Shown here piece by piece: positions 38,448 through 49,279 of a stretch of DNA of 64,000 bases. Position numbers and translations under genes: made by a program. Position 1 is the stretch's first letter. Each line of letters opens with the position of its first letter. Below the pieces are notes generated by a model. The model saw nothing but the letters and a program-made list of their open reading frames with translations, had not been told where the DNA came from and did no database searches. The stretch is from Candidatus Micrarchaeota archaeon (GTDB taxonomy: Archaea > Micrarchaeota > Micrarchaeia > Anstonellales > Bilamarchaeaceae), in NCBI GenBank assembly GCA_018304385.1, contig JAGVWJ010000008.1, positions 6,643 to 70,642 on the forward strand, in the 5' to 3' direction.

Positions 38448-39818
38448 ATGCAGCCAAATAAAATTCTTGTAATTCTGTTTATTGCGCTATTATTCTTTTA
38501 TGGGTGTAACCAGACTCAACCTACACCTCAACCTTCACCACAACCTGCTCCAAGCCCAGAACCGGCGCCTACTCCAGCGCCTCAACCTCAACCAACGCCT
38601 CAGCCCTCGCCCACTCCAGAACCAATAGACTATACAACATCTGATCAAAAAGCTGATGCAGTTGATAAATCGCTAACTGCTTCCAACAAAGAATTCGCAT
38701 TTAAAATTTTTAAAGAGCTTAACAAAGAGGACAACGATAAAAATATCTTTATTTCTCCATTTAGTATTTCCGCTGCCTTAGCTATGGCATATAATGGGGC
38801 AGAAGGAGAAACCAAAAAAGCTATGGCAAATGCACTACAATTGGATGACACTGAAATAGAAAACATAAATAATGCTTATTCAGATCTGATTGCAAGCCTA
38901 GAAAACGCAGATGCAGAAATAAAAATAAACATTGCAAACTCTATCTGGACAAGCAATGAGTTCGAGCCTATTGTTAAAAAAAGTTTCACGGATAAACTAA
39001 GATCATCTTACGACAGTGAATTATATACAAAAGATTTTGGAAACCCGCAAACAGCCAATGATATAAATGACTGGATAAACGATAAAACTGGGGGAAAGAT
39101 AACTAAAATGATAGGTGATATAGACCCTAGTTTGGTTATGTTTATTATAAATGCTATCTACTTCAAAGGTGATTGGACAACTAAATTTGATGAAAAATAT
39201 ACAAAGAAGGATGATTTCTTTTTGTCTAGTGGGCAAGCGATTAAAGTTGATATGATGTCTGTTTACGGGGGGAACTTTAGCTATTATAGAGGAGATAATT
39301 TCAAATTAGGTAGATTACCTTATGGAAGAAACAAAATCGCGATGTATATCTTCCTGCCAGATGAGGGCGTTTCTCTAGATCCTTTTATTGAATCGCTGGA
39401 TAAAGAATTTAGTGAGTATATAAAAAATATGTGGCAAGAACATGAGCTTGAGGTTAAGCTTCCTAAATTCAAAATAGAATATGGCAAGAAAAGGATAAAT
39501 AAACCTTTAGAGATATTGGGCATGCAAATAGCTTTTGATAAGTTGAATGCGAATTTCACAGGTATTGCAGAACCAATAGATAATAATATTTACATAGATT
39601 ATGTTGACCATAAGGCTGTAATTGAAGTTAACGAAAAAGGAAGTGAAGCTGCAGCAGTAACAGTTATAGGGATAGGCATAACAGGTAGTGCTCCTGGCGA
39701 TCTACCCCCAGAACCTCCTCGCCTTTTCGTAAACCGCCCATTCTTTTTTGTAATAATGGATGACCGAAGCGGATCTATATTATTTATGGGTAAGGTTGTT
39801 GATCCTTCTAAAAATTAA
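38448..39818 (+). CDS. serpin (serine protease inhibitor) lipoprotein
   Basis: LLFFYGC lipobox, PT-rich linker; serpin motifs NIFISPFSISAALAMAYNGA, reactive-centre-loop hinge EKGSEAAAVT, FVNRPFFFVIMD. Confidence 0.85.
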   Translation: MQPNKILVILFIALLFFYGCNQTQPTPQPSPQPAPSPEPAPTPAPQPQPTPQPSPTPEPIDYTTSDQKADAVDKSLTASNKEFAFKIFKELNKEDNDKNIFISPFSISAALAMAYNGAEGETKKAMANALQLDDTEIENINNAYSDLIASLENADAEIKINIANSIWTSNEFEPIVKKSFTDKLRSSYDSELYTKDFGNPQTANDINDWINDKTGGKITKMIGDIDPSLVMFIINAIYFKGDWTTKFDEKYTKKDDFFLSSGQAIKVDMMSVYGGNFSYYRGDNFKLGRLPYGRNKIAMYIFLPDEGVSLDPFIESLDKEFSEYIKNMWQEHELEVKLPKFKIEYGKKRINKPLEILGMQIAFDKLNANFTGIAEPIDNNIYIDYVDHKAVIEVNEKGSEAAAVTVIGIGITGSAPGDLPPEPPRLFVNRPFFFVIMDDRSGSILFMGKVVDPSKN

Positions 39819-39866
39819 CAAATAACTTAAAAATCCTTCTCATCCTAATTCTGTAAAGGAATTTTT

Positions 39867-40946
39867 ATGACACTCAAACGAACGCCATTCTACGAGATAC
39901 ATAAAGCAGCAGGTGGAAAACTAGTTGAGTTTGGCGGATGGGAAATGCCAGTGCAATATAGTGGCATTTTAGATGAACATAATACGATACGCAAAGCAGT
40001 TGGCTTGTTCGATGTTTCACATATGGGCGAGGTTTACGCAACTGGCCCAAATGCCAAAAAATTTGTAAATAATCTGATTACTAATGATGTGAATAAACTT
40101 GTAGATGGCCAGATATTATACTCGCCAATGTGCTATGAGCATGGTGGAGTAGTAGATGATTTATTAGTGTATAGATTTAATGATGAAAAATTTCTGATTG
40201 TTATAAATGCGTCTAATGTAGATAAGGATTTTCAATGGATGAGCGAGCATATACTTGGTGCAGATGTAGTAAACCATAGCTCGGATGTTGCTGAGGTTGC
40301 GCTTCAAGGACCACTTGCGCAAAAAACATTGCAAAAACTTACGAGCTTTGATTTAAATTCGCTTAAATATTTTTATTTTACTGAATTTGAAATTGTAGGT
40401 GTGCATTGTCTGATATCGCGTACGGGATATACAGGTGAGGATGGTTATGAAATTTACTTTGATAATGCAAATGCAGAAAAAATATGGAATGCATTGATGG
40501 AAGCAGGCAAGGAGTTCGGAATAAAACCATGTGGACTTGGCTGTCGTGACTCGCTTCGCTTAGAAGCTGGACTTATGCTTTATGGAAACGATATTACTCA
40601 AGATGTTACGCCATTAGAAGCGCCATTGAAATGGACTGTAAAATTAGATAAAGAGGATTTTATTGGTAAAAGAGCATTACTAGAAAAACCAATTAAAAGA
40701 AAACTGGTTGGTTTTGAATTATTAGAACGCGCAGTGCCAAGACATGGTAATGAAGTTTATATTGGCGGTGAAAAATTTGATTATGTTACTAGCGGGATAT
40801 TCTCTCCAACTTTGCAAAAGCCAGTTGGATTTGCATTTGTTCCAGTTGATTTGCCTCTTGGTGATGGAATAGAGGTAAAAATTCGCGATAGATTAATAAA
40901 AGCAAAAACATGCAGCTATAGGTTTTATAAGATTGAGCGAAAATAA
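39867..40946 (+). CDS. gcvT: glycine cleavage system T protein (aminomethyltransferase)
   Basis: 359 aa; TPLYE-like N-term, GcvT fold throughout. Confidence 0.9.
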   Translation: MTLKRTPFYEIHKAAGGKLVEFGGWEMPVQYSGILDEHNTIRKAVGLFDVSHMGEVYATGPNAKKFVNNLITNDVNKLVDGQILYSPMCYEHGGVVDDLLVYRFNDEKFLIVINASNVDKDFQWMSEHILGADVVNHSSDVAEVALQGPLAQKTLQKLTSFDLNSLKYFYFTEFEIVGVHCLISRTGYTGEDGYEIYFDNANAEKIWNALMEAGKEFGIKPCGLGCRDSLRLEAGLMLYGNDITQDVTPLEAPLKWTVKLDKEDFIGKRALLEKPIKRKLVGFELLERAVPRHGNEVYIGGEKFDYVTSGIFSPTLQKPVGFAFVPVDLPLGDGIEVKIRDRLIKAKTCSYRFYKIERK

Positions 40947-40960
40947 ACTAATGTGATATT

Positions 40961-41338
40961 ATGACAATGAAATTTACTAAAGACCATGAATGGGTCCGAG
41001 TTGAAGGAGAAATTGCTGTTGTAGGGATAACCGATTACGCGCAAAAGGCATTAGGAGATATAGTTAGCTTGGAACTACCTAAAATTGGCAGCAAATATGA
41101 TCAGGGAAAGCATTTTTCCATTGTTGATTCAATGAAAGCAAGCAGCGAAGTTTACGCGCCGCTTAGCGGAGAGGTTGTTGAGGTTAATTCTGCATTGAAT
41201 GATAATCCACAATGGATAAATGAAAGTCCTCACGAAAAAGGATGGATTGCAAAATTTAAAGCTGATAACCTAAGCGAGTTGGATAAGCTTATGAGCGAGG
41301 AAGAGTATAGGAAATACTGCGACAAGCATGTCCATTAG
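40961..41338 (+). CDS. gcvH: glycine cleavage system H protein
   Basis: 125 aa; lipoyl-lysine motif SMKASSEVYAPLSGEV. Confidence 0.9.
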   Translation: MTMKFTKDHEWVRVEGEIAVVGITDYAQKALGDIVSLELPKIGSKYDQGKHFSIVDSMKASSEVYAPLSGEVVEVNSALNDNPQWINESPHEKGWIAKFKADNLSELDKLMSEEEYRKYCDKHVH

Positions 41339-41352
41339 CGATGGACATGATG

Positions 41353-41381
41353 CCCATTGTTCGATGCGTCGAACAATTGGG
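41353..41381. promoter_or_regulatory. near-palindrome CCCATTGTTCGA-TGCG-TCGAACAATTGGG after gcvH
   Basis: same half-site (CCCATTGTT / AACAATTGGG) as 6724-6749. Confidence 0.4.
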
Positions 41382-41496
41382 AGGATTGAAACATTAGATC
41401 TATTGCGTCTATTTTTTTACTAGTAGTGTTATAATCGCAACATTTATAAATATAATTCTACTTAATGTTAATTAAACCTAACATAAAAGAGATAAT

Positions 41497-42744
41497 GTGA
41501 TTATTATGATTAACGAAAAAATCAAAAGAGCATTGGTAGAGTTTAACCCTTTTTGGGCCGCACCAATTAAAATAGAGTACAAAGAAAGAATAATCTACGA
41601 GAGATTAAGGAAATTTATAAAAGAACCACAGATTGTTTCGCTATGCGGACTTAGGCGAGTAGGTAAAACAACAATACTCCAAAAGATAATTTACGATATA
41701 TTAAAAGAAAATCCTTCAGATTCTATAATCTATTTCTCATTTGATGATTTTCCGACTTCTGAAATCTTTGATGTTTTAGACACTTTCAAAGATATACATA
41801 AGAAAGAGCCAAGGTTCCTGATTTTTGATGAGATACAAAAGCTTCCGAACTGGGCTGAAAAAGTAAAAATACTTTATGATACAAAAAAATACAAGATATT
41901 CGTCTCTGGATCAGAATCACTATTTTTACGTAAAGGTTCGCGAGAAAGCTTAGCCGGCAGAATCTATGAATTTGAGATAAAGAAACTGAACTTTGTTGAG
42001 TACCTGAATTTCGTTAGTAAGATAGATATGATAAAAAAGCCGCAATTGTATGAAACAGAGTTAAAAATAGAACTTAGAGAGTATCTATTTACTGGTGGTT
42101 TTCCAGAGCTGATTGGGAAGGAGGATAAAGCACTGATAAAACAGTATATCAAAACTGCGATAGTTGAAAAAATAATATTTAATGATATGGCTAGTATCTA
42201 TCCAATCGAAAGTCCAGAAAAATTAATAGTAATATTAGAAATAATAATGGATAACCCTGGAATGATTGTAGACTTTTCATCACTATCTCAAGAGATTGGG
42301 ATAACTAGACAAACACTTTCAAAGTACTTTGAATATTTAGAGATGGCACACCTGGTAGTAAAATTATATAACTTCTCTAGAAACAAGATAACATCTGAAA
42401 AACTACTTAAGAAATTCTATCCAACATTCCTAAGTACAGTCTTAACCGAAGAGAGCGAGGAAAAAATAGGGAAGATAATAGAAACGACATGCGTAATTTC
42501 TACAGATGCAAAATTTTTCTGGAGAGATAAATATAAAGATGAGGTGGACATCGTACTTCAAAAAGATAAGGAGATAATTCCAATTGAGGTAAAGTACCGA
42601 AATCAACCAAGTCAAAATATGGGATTGCGGAAGTTTTGCAAGAAGTATAAATGCAAAGAAGCGATAGTTGTTACAAAGGATAAACGAGGAGAAAAAGAAG
42701 GAGTGAAATTTGTGCCGGTTTATGAGTTTCTTTTGGAGGTTTAA
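41497..42744 (+). CDS. AAA+ ATPase, DUF4143/COG1373 family
   Basis: 415 aa; Walker A GLRRVGKTT, Walker B LIFDEIQ; C-terminal DUF4143-like region; inserted between gcvH and gcvPA. Confidence 0.75.
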   Translation: MIIMINEKIKRALVEFNPFWAAPIKIEYKERIIYERLRKFIKEPQIVSLCGLRRVGKTTILQKIIYDILKENPSDSIIYFSFDDFPTSEIFDVLDTFKDIHKKEPRFLIFDEIQKLPNWAEKVKILYDTKKYKIFVSGSESLFLRKGSRESLAGRIYEFEIKKLNFVEYLNFVSKIDMIKKPQLYETELKIELREYLFTGGFPELIGKEDKALIKQYIKTAIVEKIIFNDMASIYPIESPEKLIVILEIIMDNPGMIVDFSSLSQEIGITRQTLSKYFEYLEMAHLVVKLYNFSRNKITSEKLLKKFYPTFLSTVLTEESEEKIGKIIETTCVISTDAKFFWRDKYKDEVDIVLQKDKEIIPIEVKYRNQPSQNMGLRKFCKKYKCKEAIVVTKDKRGEKEGVKFVPVYEFLLEV

Positions 42745-42746
42745 GC

Positions 42747-43235
42747 ATGGGTGTAACAATCAGAAAATTCCAGAAAAAGGATTACAAACAACTCCTTAAC
42801 CTAGTCACCGAACTTCGTAAAACCAGTGAGAAACAACATGTATCAAAAAAACTTTTATCATTAATAAGATACAAAAAGCATAAGAAACAGATTAGGGAGG
42901 ATATTAAAAGGTATGTAAATTTTGAACCTAAAGTAGCGGCTTTTTTTGTAGCAAAGAAAAAGAGTACGCTGATTGGGTACATCTGGGGGAACATTAACAG
43001 AAGAAGAGGAAGAGTTCTGGATAGAATCGGTTTCATCGAGGATTGGTTTGTCAAAGAGGAATACCGAAGGAAGAACATAGGAACTATACTCTGGGATAGG
43101 ATGATAACGTGGTTCAAAAGAAAAAAATGCAATGGCTTGGAGTTAGAAGTATTTCCAAATAACCATGAAGCAATCGAAATATATCATGCATTTGGCTTTG
43201 TTGATAAGTCTATCAAAATGATAAAGAAACTGTGA
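42747..43235 (+). CDS. GNAT family N-acetyltransferase
   Basis: 162 aa; acetyl-CoA binding RRKNIGTILWDRMITW; 2 nt after ATPase stop. Confidence 0.7.
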   Translation: MGVTIRKFQKKDYKQLLNLVTELRKTSEKQHVSKKLLSLIRYKKHKKQIREDIKRYVNFEPKVAAFFVAKKKSTLIGYIWGNINRRRGRVLDRIGFIEDWFVKEEYRRKNIGTILWDRMITWFKRKKCNGLELEVFPNNHEAIEIYHAFGFVDKSIKMIKKL

Positions 43236-43362
43236 AGATTCTTCAGCTAATGATTATACTATCGAGTCCAAGTGGAGGACTCAGATAAAACCAAGATTCA
43301 AGAGCAAGTGCTTATAAATTTTATTGCAGTAATGTGTTCAACTAATTTTAGAGGGGGAGATA

Positions 43363-44625
43363 ATGAATTATATACCGATTACAGAGCAAGACGAGAAGGA
43401 AATGTTATCTTTGCTTGGTTTAAAAAGCATTGACGAATTGTTTGTAAATGTGCCAGCGAAGCTGGAACGTGAACTTGCATTGGATGCACCGCTTAGCGAA
43501 CTTGAAGTTAGAAAAAAACTGCATGAATTAAGCGATAAAAATAAACCAATGAAATACTTTCGCGGTGCAGGTAGCTATTGGCATTACGTTCCTTCAGCAG
43601 TTAATCATATTATTTTACGTGGTGAATTTTTTACTGCATATACCCCTTATCAACCAGAAGTAAGCCAAGGAACGCTCCAGGCAATTTATGAATTCCAAAC
43701 GCTAATATGCGCATTAACTGGTATGGATGTTGCGAATGCAAGCATGTACGATGCAGCTAGTGCTGCTGCAGAAGCAATGCTTCTTGCAAGAAGTGAAAAT
43801 GAAAAAAATGAGGTAGTAATTGCAAATGAAATAAATCCGCAGTATGTTGAAACATTGAAAACATATGCGAATGCTTGCGGATTTGTTATTAGTAATGAGT
43901 TAAGCGAACGAACAAGTTGTGTATTTATCCAACAACCAAATTATCACGGAAGTATTGAAAACCTGCATAAATTTGTTGCAGATGCACATGAAAAAGGAGC
44001 AATTGTCTGTGTGATTGTCGGCGAGCCTACAAGCTTAGCAATTATCGAACCGCCAGGAAATTTTGATGTTGATATTGTTGTTGGAGATTTACAATGCTTT
44101 GGTAATGGATTAAATTTCGGCGGGCCAACTGGCGGGTTTATGGCTGTAAAGAAAAATCTTACTAAGAGAATTCCTGGAAGGCTTTGTGGACTAACTACTG
44201 ACACACGCGGTAACCAGGGGTTTACTTTGACATTGCAGGCGCGCGAGCAGCATATACGCCGTGAGAAAGCTACTAGCAACATATGTACTAATCAGGCACT
44301 AAACGCATTGATCTCAACAGTTTATCTTTCATTACTTGGAAAAACAGGTTTGCAAAATGTTGCAGCTAGAAATTATAAGAATGCACATGCACTTTGCAAG
44401 AAGCTAGAGGCAGTAGGCTTTAGGCTTTTGAACACTGCACCTTTCTACAATGAATTTCTTATGCAAACGCCAGTACCAATCGAGACGCTGAATGCAAAAC
44501 TTCAAGACAATGGTCTACTTGGTGGCTTAGAAATTGATAAAAATAAATGGCTGCTCTGTGCAACGGAAATGCTTGATGAAAAAGATATTGAAAAATTTGT
44601 TGATATTGTGAAGAGTGTGAGATAA
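43363..44625 (+). CDS. gcvPA: glycine dehydrogenase (decarboxylating) subunit 1
   Basis: 420 aa P-protein N-terminal half. Confidence 0.9.
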   Translation: MNYIPITEQDEKEMLSLLGLKSIDELFVNVPAKLERELALDAPLSELEVRKKLHELSDKNKPMKYFRGAGSYWHYVPSAVNHIILRGEFFTAYTPYQPEVSQGTLQAIYEFQTLICALTGMDVANASMYDAASAAAEAMLLARSENEKNEVVIANEINPQYVETLKTYANACGFVISNELSERTSCVFIQQPNYHGSIENLHKFVADAHEKGAIVCVIVGEPTSLAIIEPPGNFDVDIVVGDLQCFGNGLNFGGPTGGFMAVKKNLTKRIPGRLCGLTTDTRGNQGFTLTLQAREQHIRREKATSNICTNQALNALISTVYLSLLGKTGLQNVAARNYKNAHALCKKLEAVGFRLLNTAPFYNEFLMQTPVPIETLNAKLQDNGLLGGLEIDKNKWLLCATEMLDEKDIEKFVDIVKSVR

Positions 44626-44626
44626 T

Positions 44627-46054
44627 ATGACAACACCAAAATTAATCTTTGAGTATAATACGAAAAACACAGAGCATGTGCCAAACGAAAATGCAGAAGT
44701 TGATCTACCAAACGATCTAAAACGCAAAGAACTAAGCATTCCAGATGTAAACGAAGTAGATGTAATCCGCCATTTCACAGAACTTAGCAAAAAAAATTAT
44801 GGGGTAGATAATGGGTTTTATCCGCTTGGTTCATGCACAATGAAATATAACCCAAAGATAAATGAGGATGTAGCCCGTTTTCATGGCTTTGCTAATTTAC
44901 ATCCACAAAGCCCATTGCTAAACGTGCAAGGCTCATTGCAATTAATGTACGAATTAGAGCAAATGCTTTGCGAAATAACTGGAATGGATGTATTTAGCTT
45001 ACAGCCATCAGCAGGCGCGCATGGTGAGCTTACTGCATGCATGATTACAAGAAAACATTTCGGTGCGAAACGAAATAAGGTAATAATTCCAGATAGCGCA
45101 CATGGTACGAATCCTGCAAGCGCAGCAATGTGTGGATTTGAAATTGTAGAAGTGAAAACAAATTCTTCTGGTGGTGTTGATTTAGACGAGTTGAGAAGCA
45201 AGGTTGACAGTAATACTGCATTGCTTATGCTTACAAATCCAAGTACACTCGGATTATTTGAAGAGAACATAGTCGAAATAAATAAAATAATGCATGATGC
45301 TGGAGCGCTTACATATTGTGATGGAGCAAACATGAACGCAATGCTTGGAATTACACGGCCAGGTGATCAAGGATTTGACATGATGCATTTAAACTTACAT
45401 AAAACATTCAGCACGCCGCATGGTGGTGGCGGACCTGGTTCTGGGCCAGTTGGCGTAAAGAAATTCTTAGAAAAATATCTACCTGTCCCAAGAATAGTCA
45501 AGAAAGACGATAGCTACGCACTAGAATTTAACATACAGGAAAGCATTGGTCGCGTGCGAAGCTTTTTTGGAAACTTTGGCATGCATGTGCGCGCTTATAC
45601 TTACATTAAGAGTTATGGAAAAATGCTAAAGCGCGTTTCGCAGATTGCTGTTTTAAATGCAAACTACATAATGCGCTCTCTTGAGAATCATTATCAACTT
45701 CCATACAATAAAACCTGCGCACATGAATGTGTATTTTCTGGTGGGTCATTTGCCAAATATGGAATTCATACAATGGATATTGCTAAGCGCTTATTGGATT
45801 ATGGGTTCCATGCACCAACAATATATTTCCCATTAATTGTGAAAGAGGCAATAATGATTGAGCCAACAGAAACAGAAGGCAAAGCAATGCTCGATGCGTT
45901 TATTAACACAATGAAAAAAATAGCTGAAGAGGCAGAAAAAAATCCAGATTTGTTACATAATGCGCCAGTCAGCACGCCAGTTGGGAGGTTAGATGGCGTT
46001 CGCGCTGCAAGACAACCAAATCTAAGATACGAGCCTGTTTGCAGGATATGCTAA
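44627..46054 (+). CDS. gcvPB: glycine dehydrogenase (decarboxylating) subunit 2
   Basis: 475 aa; PLP-lysine region [16 protein letters not shown]. Confidence 0.9.
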   Translation: MTTPKLIFEYNTKNTEHVPNENAEVDLPNDLKRKELSIPDVNEVDVIRHFTELSKKNYGVDNGFYPLGSCTMKYNPKINEDVARFHGFANLHPQSPLLNVQGSLQLMYELEQMLCEITGMDVFSLQPSAGAHGELTACMITRKHFGAKRNKVIIPDSAHGTNPASAAMCGFEIVEVKTNSSGGVDLDELRSKVDSNTALLMLTNPSTLGLFEENIVEINKIMHDAGALTYCDGANMNAMLGITRPGDQGFDMMHLNLHKTFSTPHGGGGPGSGPVGVKKFLEKYLPVPRIVKKDDSYALEFNIQESIGRVRSFFGNFGMHVRAYTYIKSYGKMLKRVSQIAVLNANYIMRSLENHYQLPYNKTCAHECVFSGGSFAKYGIHTMDIAKRLLDYGFHAPTIYFPLIVKEAIMIEPTETEGKAMLDAFINTMKKIAEEAEKNPDLLHNAPVSTPVGRLDGVRAARQPNLRYEPVCRIC

Positions 46055-46096
46055 TTATTTTACATGCGCATTCGCAAATCTACTGAACTTCGTTCG

Positions 46097-48049
46097 CTAT
46101 CTTTTCAGCATAGCTGAAAATCTTTTTGCTAATTCATTAGCACCATCTGTACCAAGTGATGGATTACCTTCCAACAAGAATAGGGCGACTGCTCGATAAA
46201 ACTGTTTTAAACTATCTTTAACTACAAAGATTGTTCCATCATAAACTGGAACTCCAAGAACTAGTTTTGGCGGTCTGTAGTGAACACCTTCTTTCTCTAG
46301 TGCCTTTCGTATTTCTTCATCTTCAATATTATCTAAAGAGGGAACAGCAACAATATTGACGCTTCCATCATTTACTCTAATATAACCATGTTTCTTTGAA
46401 ATATCTTTTCTTTTTATAAAGTCTCTAAAATCTGCAACTGCCTGTTCATATTTTCTTGCAATAAAACCAGCATTAATTCCTTCAACAGCTCTTATTTCTA
46501 ATTTTAAACCGTCAAATCTTTCAGTATAATAACTCGCATCTTTAATTCCAATATCTGCCAATTGCGATAAATTAACCCTTGTATCTCCAACATATGGAAT
46601 TTGCACGCTTGGGATGTGGTCTCTTTTTATCCATCCAACATTTAATGCAACTACTGTTGCGCCAATTAAAATTGCTGCAGTTGTTGCGATCTTAAAAGGA
46701 ATGCGAACGCTGGCCTTAATTATTTTTCCAACAGTCCATTTTCTTTCTGGCTTGATTTGTTCTACCTTACCTTCGCCTAGCTCTTGTGTCATTGCAATCT
46801 CAAAGTCCTCGCGAAATACACGCATGCTCGGAAATCTTTTTGCAGGATCTTTATCTAATGCACGCTGGAATACATCATTTAGAAACTTACCAGCTTTCAC
46901 ACCCATTTCATTTAAGCTAGGTGGCGGTTTTGAAAGATGACCCATGCGAGGATCATCTTCAAATAATTTTTTCCCAGTTAATGCCTCTACGATTGTGGCA
47001 GCCAAAGAATAAACATCTGCTGCTGCAGTTAGCGGCTGCCCCAAAATTGCTTCCCTAGGCATGTAATGAGGACTTCCCATACTCATTCCGGTCCTAGTCA
47101 AATGATCCTGATTTGACTCTCCTTGAATCTTTGCAATTCCAAAATCAGCTACCTTTACAAGTAATTTTCCGCCTTCTTCTCTAACAATTATATTTGCTGG
47201 TTTTATATCACGATGTAGAACACCTTTGTCATGCGCGTATTCAAGCGCATCAAAAACCTGCCTGAAAATAGCTAGTAACTCTTTTTGAGATAACCTTTCT
47301 CTTTTTCTGTTTTTTTCAGCAAGAATATCTGCAAGGTTTTTTCCTTCGATAAAATTCATCACTAATGCAGCTTCGCCTGTTGGAAGAAAATGATAATTAT
47401 TAAGCTGAACTATGTTTGGGTGATCCAACATTGCAAGTGCTCTTGCCTCCTGCTCGAATCGTGCCCTAAATTCAGCACTTTGTGACATAACTAAAAGATT
47501 AAGGGATTTTATTGCAACCTTCTGACCAGTTACAGGGTGCTCACCAACGAATACATAACCCATACCACCCATTCCGATGAGTTCTTTTACAACGAAACCG
47601 GAAATATTTGTATTAATAAATCTCTCTACATCTAAAAGTATTGATGTTGCTTGATCTAATGCGCTCGCTAGGATTTTCTCGTCTTCTTTTGTTTGTGGTA
47701 CTGCGATAACTGCAATATTACCATTTTCCATTCGTGCAAGCTGAATAATTTTTACAACCGGGATTATTTCTGCAATTAGAGCAGCGGTCTTAGCAATTCT
47801 TTCTTCTATACCATCCTGCAAGGTTTGCTCTCCAACAATTTTTATAAAAACCTCTTTTCTGCTTTCTGCATGTGAAGCAACATAAATATTGCCTATTGAC
47901 CTTTGGACAAGATAGTTTGCAATCGTAGTTCCTATCATGGACGTGCGATTAATGGCTTCTGCTAGCGGCATTGGTTTTATTCCAACAGGAGTAATTCTTC
48001 TATCTGCTTGAGTTGGCCCAAGCACATCAACTCGTGGTGGTGTTGCCAT
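46097..48049 (-). CDS. receptor-like Hanks-type Ser/Thr protein kinase (N-domain + kinase + TM + C-terminal extracytoplasmic domain)
   Basis: 650 aa; GxGxxG (IGMGGMGYV), VAIK, HRDIKPANI, DFG, APE-like; single TM about 445-470; about 170 aa C-terminal domain. Confidence 0.8.
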   Translation of the reverse strand: MATPPRVDVLGPTQADRRITPVGIKPMPLAEAINRTSMIGTTIANYLVQRSIGNIYVASHAESRKEVFIKIVGEQTLQDGIEERIAKTAALIAEIIPVVKIIQLARMENGNIAVIAVPQTKEDEKILASALDQATSILLDVERFINTNISGFVVKELIGMGGMGYVFVGEHPVTGQKVAIKSLNLLVMSQSAEFRARFEQEARALAMLDHPNIVQLNNYHFLPTGEAALVMNFIEGKNLADILAEKNRKRERLSQKELLAIFRQVFDALEYAHDKGVLHRDIKPANIIVREEGGKLLVKVADFGIAKIQGESNQDHLTRTGMSMGSPHYMPREAILGQPLTAAADVYSLAATIVEALTGKKLFEDDPRMGHLSKPPPSLNEMGVKAGKFLNDVFQRALDKDPAKRFPSMRVFREDFEIAMTQELGEGKVEQIKPERKWTVGKIIKASVRIPFKIATTAAILIGATVVALNVGWIKRDHIPSVQIPYVGDTRVNLSQLADIGIKDASYYTERFDGLKLEIRAVEGINAGFIARKYEQAVADFRDFIKRKDISKKHGYIRVNDGSVNIVAVPSLDNIEDEEIRKALEKEGVHYRPPKLVLGVPVYDGTIFVVKDSLKQFYRAVALFLLEGNPSLGTDGANELAKRFSAMLKR

Positions 48050-48053
48050 TTTA

Positions 48054-49100
48054 TCATCTTTTTAATAGCCTATCAAGTAGTCTTCTTCCTGGAGGCCTTG
48101 TATCGGTGGTGCTCTCAAGCGATCCTGCATTACGTAATCTTTCAAGGTCTTCTCTGACTTCAGTTGCTGAATCATATCTTTGCGTTTTATCCTTAGAAAG
48201 CAATCTTAATGCAACTGCTTCAAGTTCTTTTGAAACAGCAGCATTAAGCGTTCTAACTGCAGCTGGAGTACGCTCTATGTGCTGCGTTCTAATCATTAGG
48301 CTTCTTGTTTTTTCATCAGGATCATCGCTTTTAAATGGAACTGTGCCAGTAAGCAATTCATACAGAATAATACCAAAAGAGTAGAGATCAGCCTTTGCAT
48401 CTACATTGCTGCTTGCTATTTGTTCTGGAGACATATATTCTGGGGTTCCCATTGTTACTCCCATGGTAGTACGTGTAAAACCTACACCACCTTCTATTCT
48501 TGAGACGCCGAAATCAATTATTTTTAATATACCATCTTCACATATAAAAATATTGTCTGGTTTTAAATCCCGATGAACTATTCCAGTACTGTGTATCTCT
48601 TCTAACGCTTCTAATATCAGAATACCCATTGCCACTGCGTCTTTTATTGGAATTCTCATATCTTTTAGTATATCAGATAGTACTGCTCCCTTAAGTAATT
48701 CAGTAACAAGAAAAGTAGCTTCTGTATCCTCAAAATAATCATAGCAGGTAAGTATAGAAGGATGGCTAAGTTGTGTTAGAAAGAATGCTTCTGCCCTAAA
48801 GCGTTGTGTTATTGCTGGATCTTTCCTTCCTATTTTTATCGCAATCTCGTCACCTACTGCTAAACCATCCTCAAATCTTCTTCCCTTATATACCGCTCCG
48901 ACACTACCATCTCCTATTTTTCTTTCTACTAGGTATGTGCCTTTAGTACCTTTAAGTCTCTTCGCGGTATAATCCTTGACTGGATCTTGGGAAAGAGGTT
49001 CCTTTCCAAAAAATGCAGTAGCCCTTCTGACAAATGCCTGCTCGCCACCACGTAGACTAACAGGTAGGACAAACATTAACTTAGTTCGTTGCTGACTCAT
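48054..49100 (-). CDS. Ser/Thr protein kinase (Hanks-type), soluble
   Basis: 348 aa; IGDGSVGAVY, AIK, HRDLKPDNI, DFG, SPE; immediately upstream of the receptor-like kinase on the same strand. Confidence 0.8.
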   Translation of the reverse strand: MSQQRTKLMFVLPVSLRGGEQAFVRRATAFFGKEPLSQDPVKDYTAKRLKGTKGTYLVERKIGDGSVGAVYKGRRFEDGLAVGDEIAIKIGRKDPAITQRFRAEAFFLTQLSHPSILTCYDYFEDTEATFLVTELLKGAVLSDILKDMRIPIKDAVAMGILILEALEEIHSTGIVHRDLKPDNIFICEDGILKIIDFGVSRIEGGVGFTRTTMGVTMGTPEYMSPEQIASSNVDAKADLYSFGIILYELLTGTVPFKSDDPDEKTRSLMIRTQHIERTPAAVRTLNAAVSKELEAVALRLLSKDKTQRYDSATEVREDLERLRNAGSLESTTDTRPPGRRLLDRLLKR

Positions 49101-49180
49101 GTCATATATTATAGAGGGAAATGTTTATAAAATCACCTTGAAACACAAAAAGTAACATACGTTTAAAACCTTGTGTATTT

Positions 49181-49192
49181 TCGTCAATTGAC
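49181..49192. promoter_or_regulatory. perfect 12-bp palindrome CGTCAATTGACG in divergent kinase/lipA promoter region
   Basis: direct reading. Confidence 0.3.
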
Positions 49193-49279
49193 GTTTTTCT
49201 ACCATAATTAGCAACATTGACTGCACTTTGATGCGCTTTTGCTTGCAATTTTTAAATCTGTTTTGCTAATTACTTACTC

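Noticed and set aside
43944-46940. Antisense ORFs within gcvPA, gcvPB and the receptor kinase
   Set aside because: Shadow ORFs with no support.
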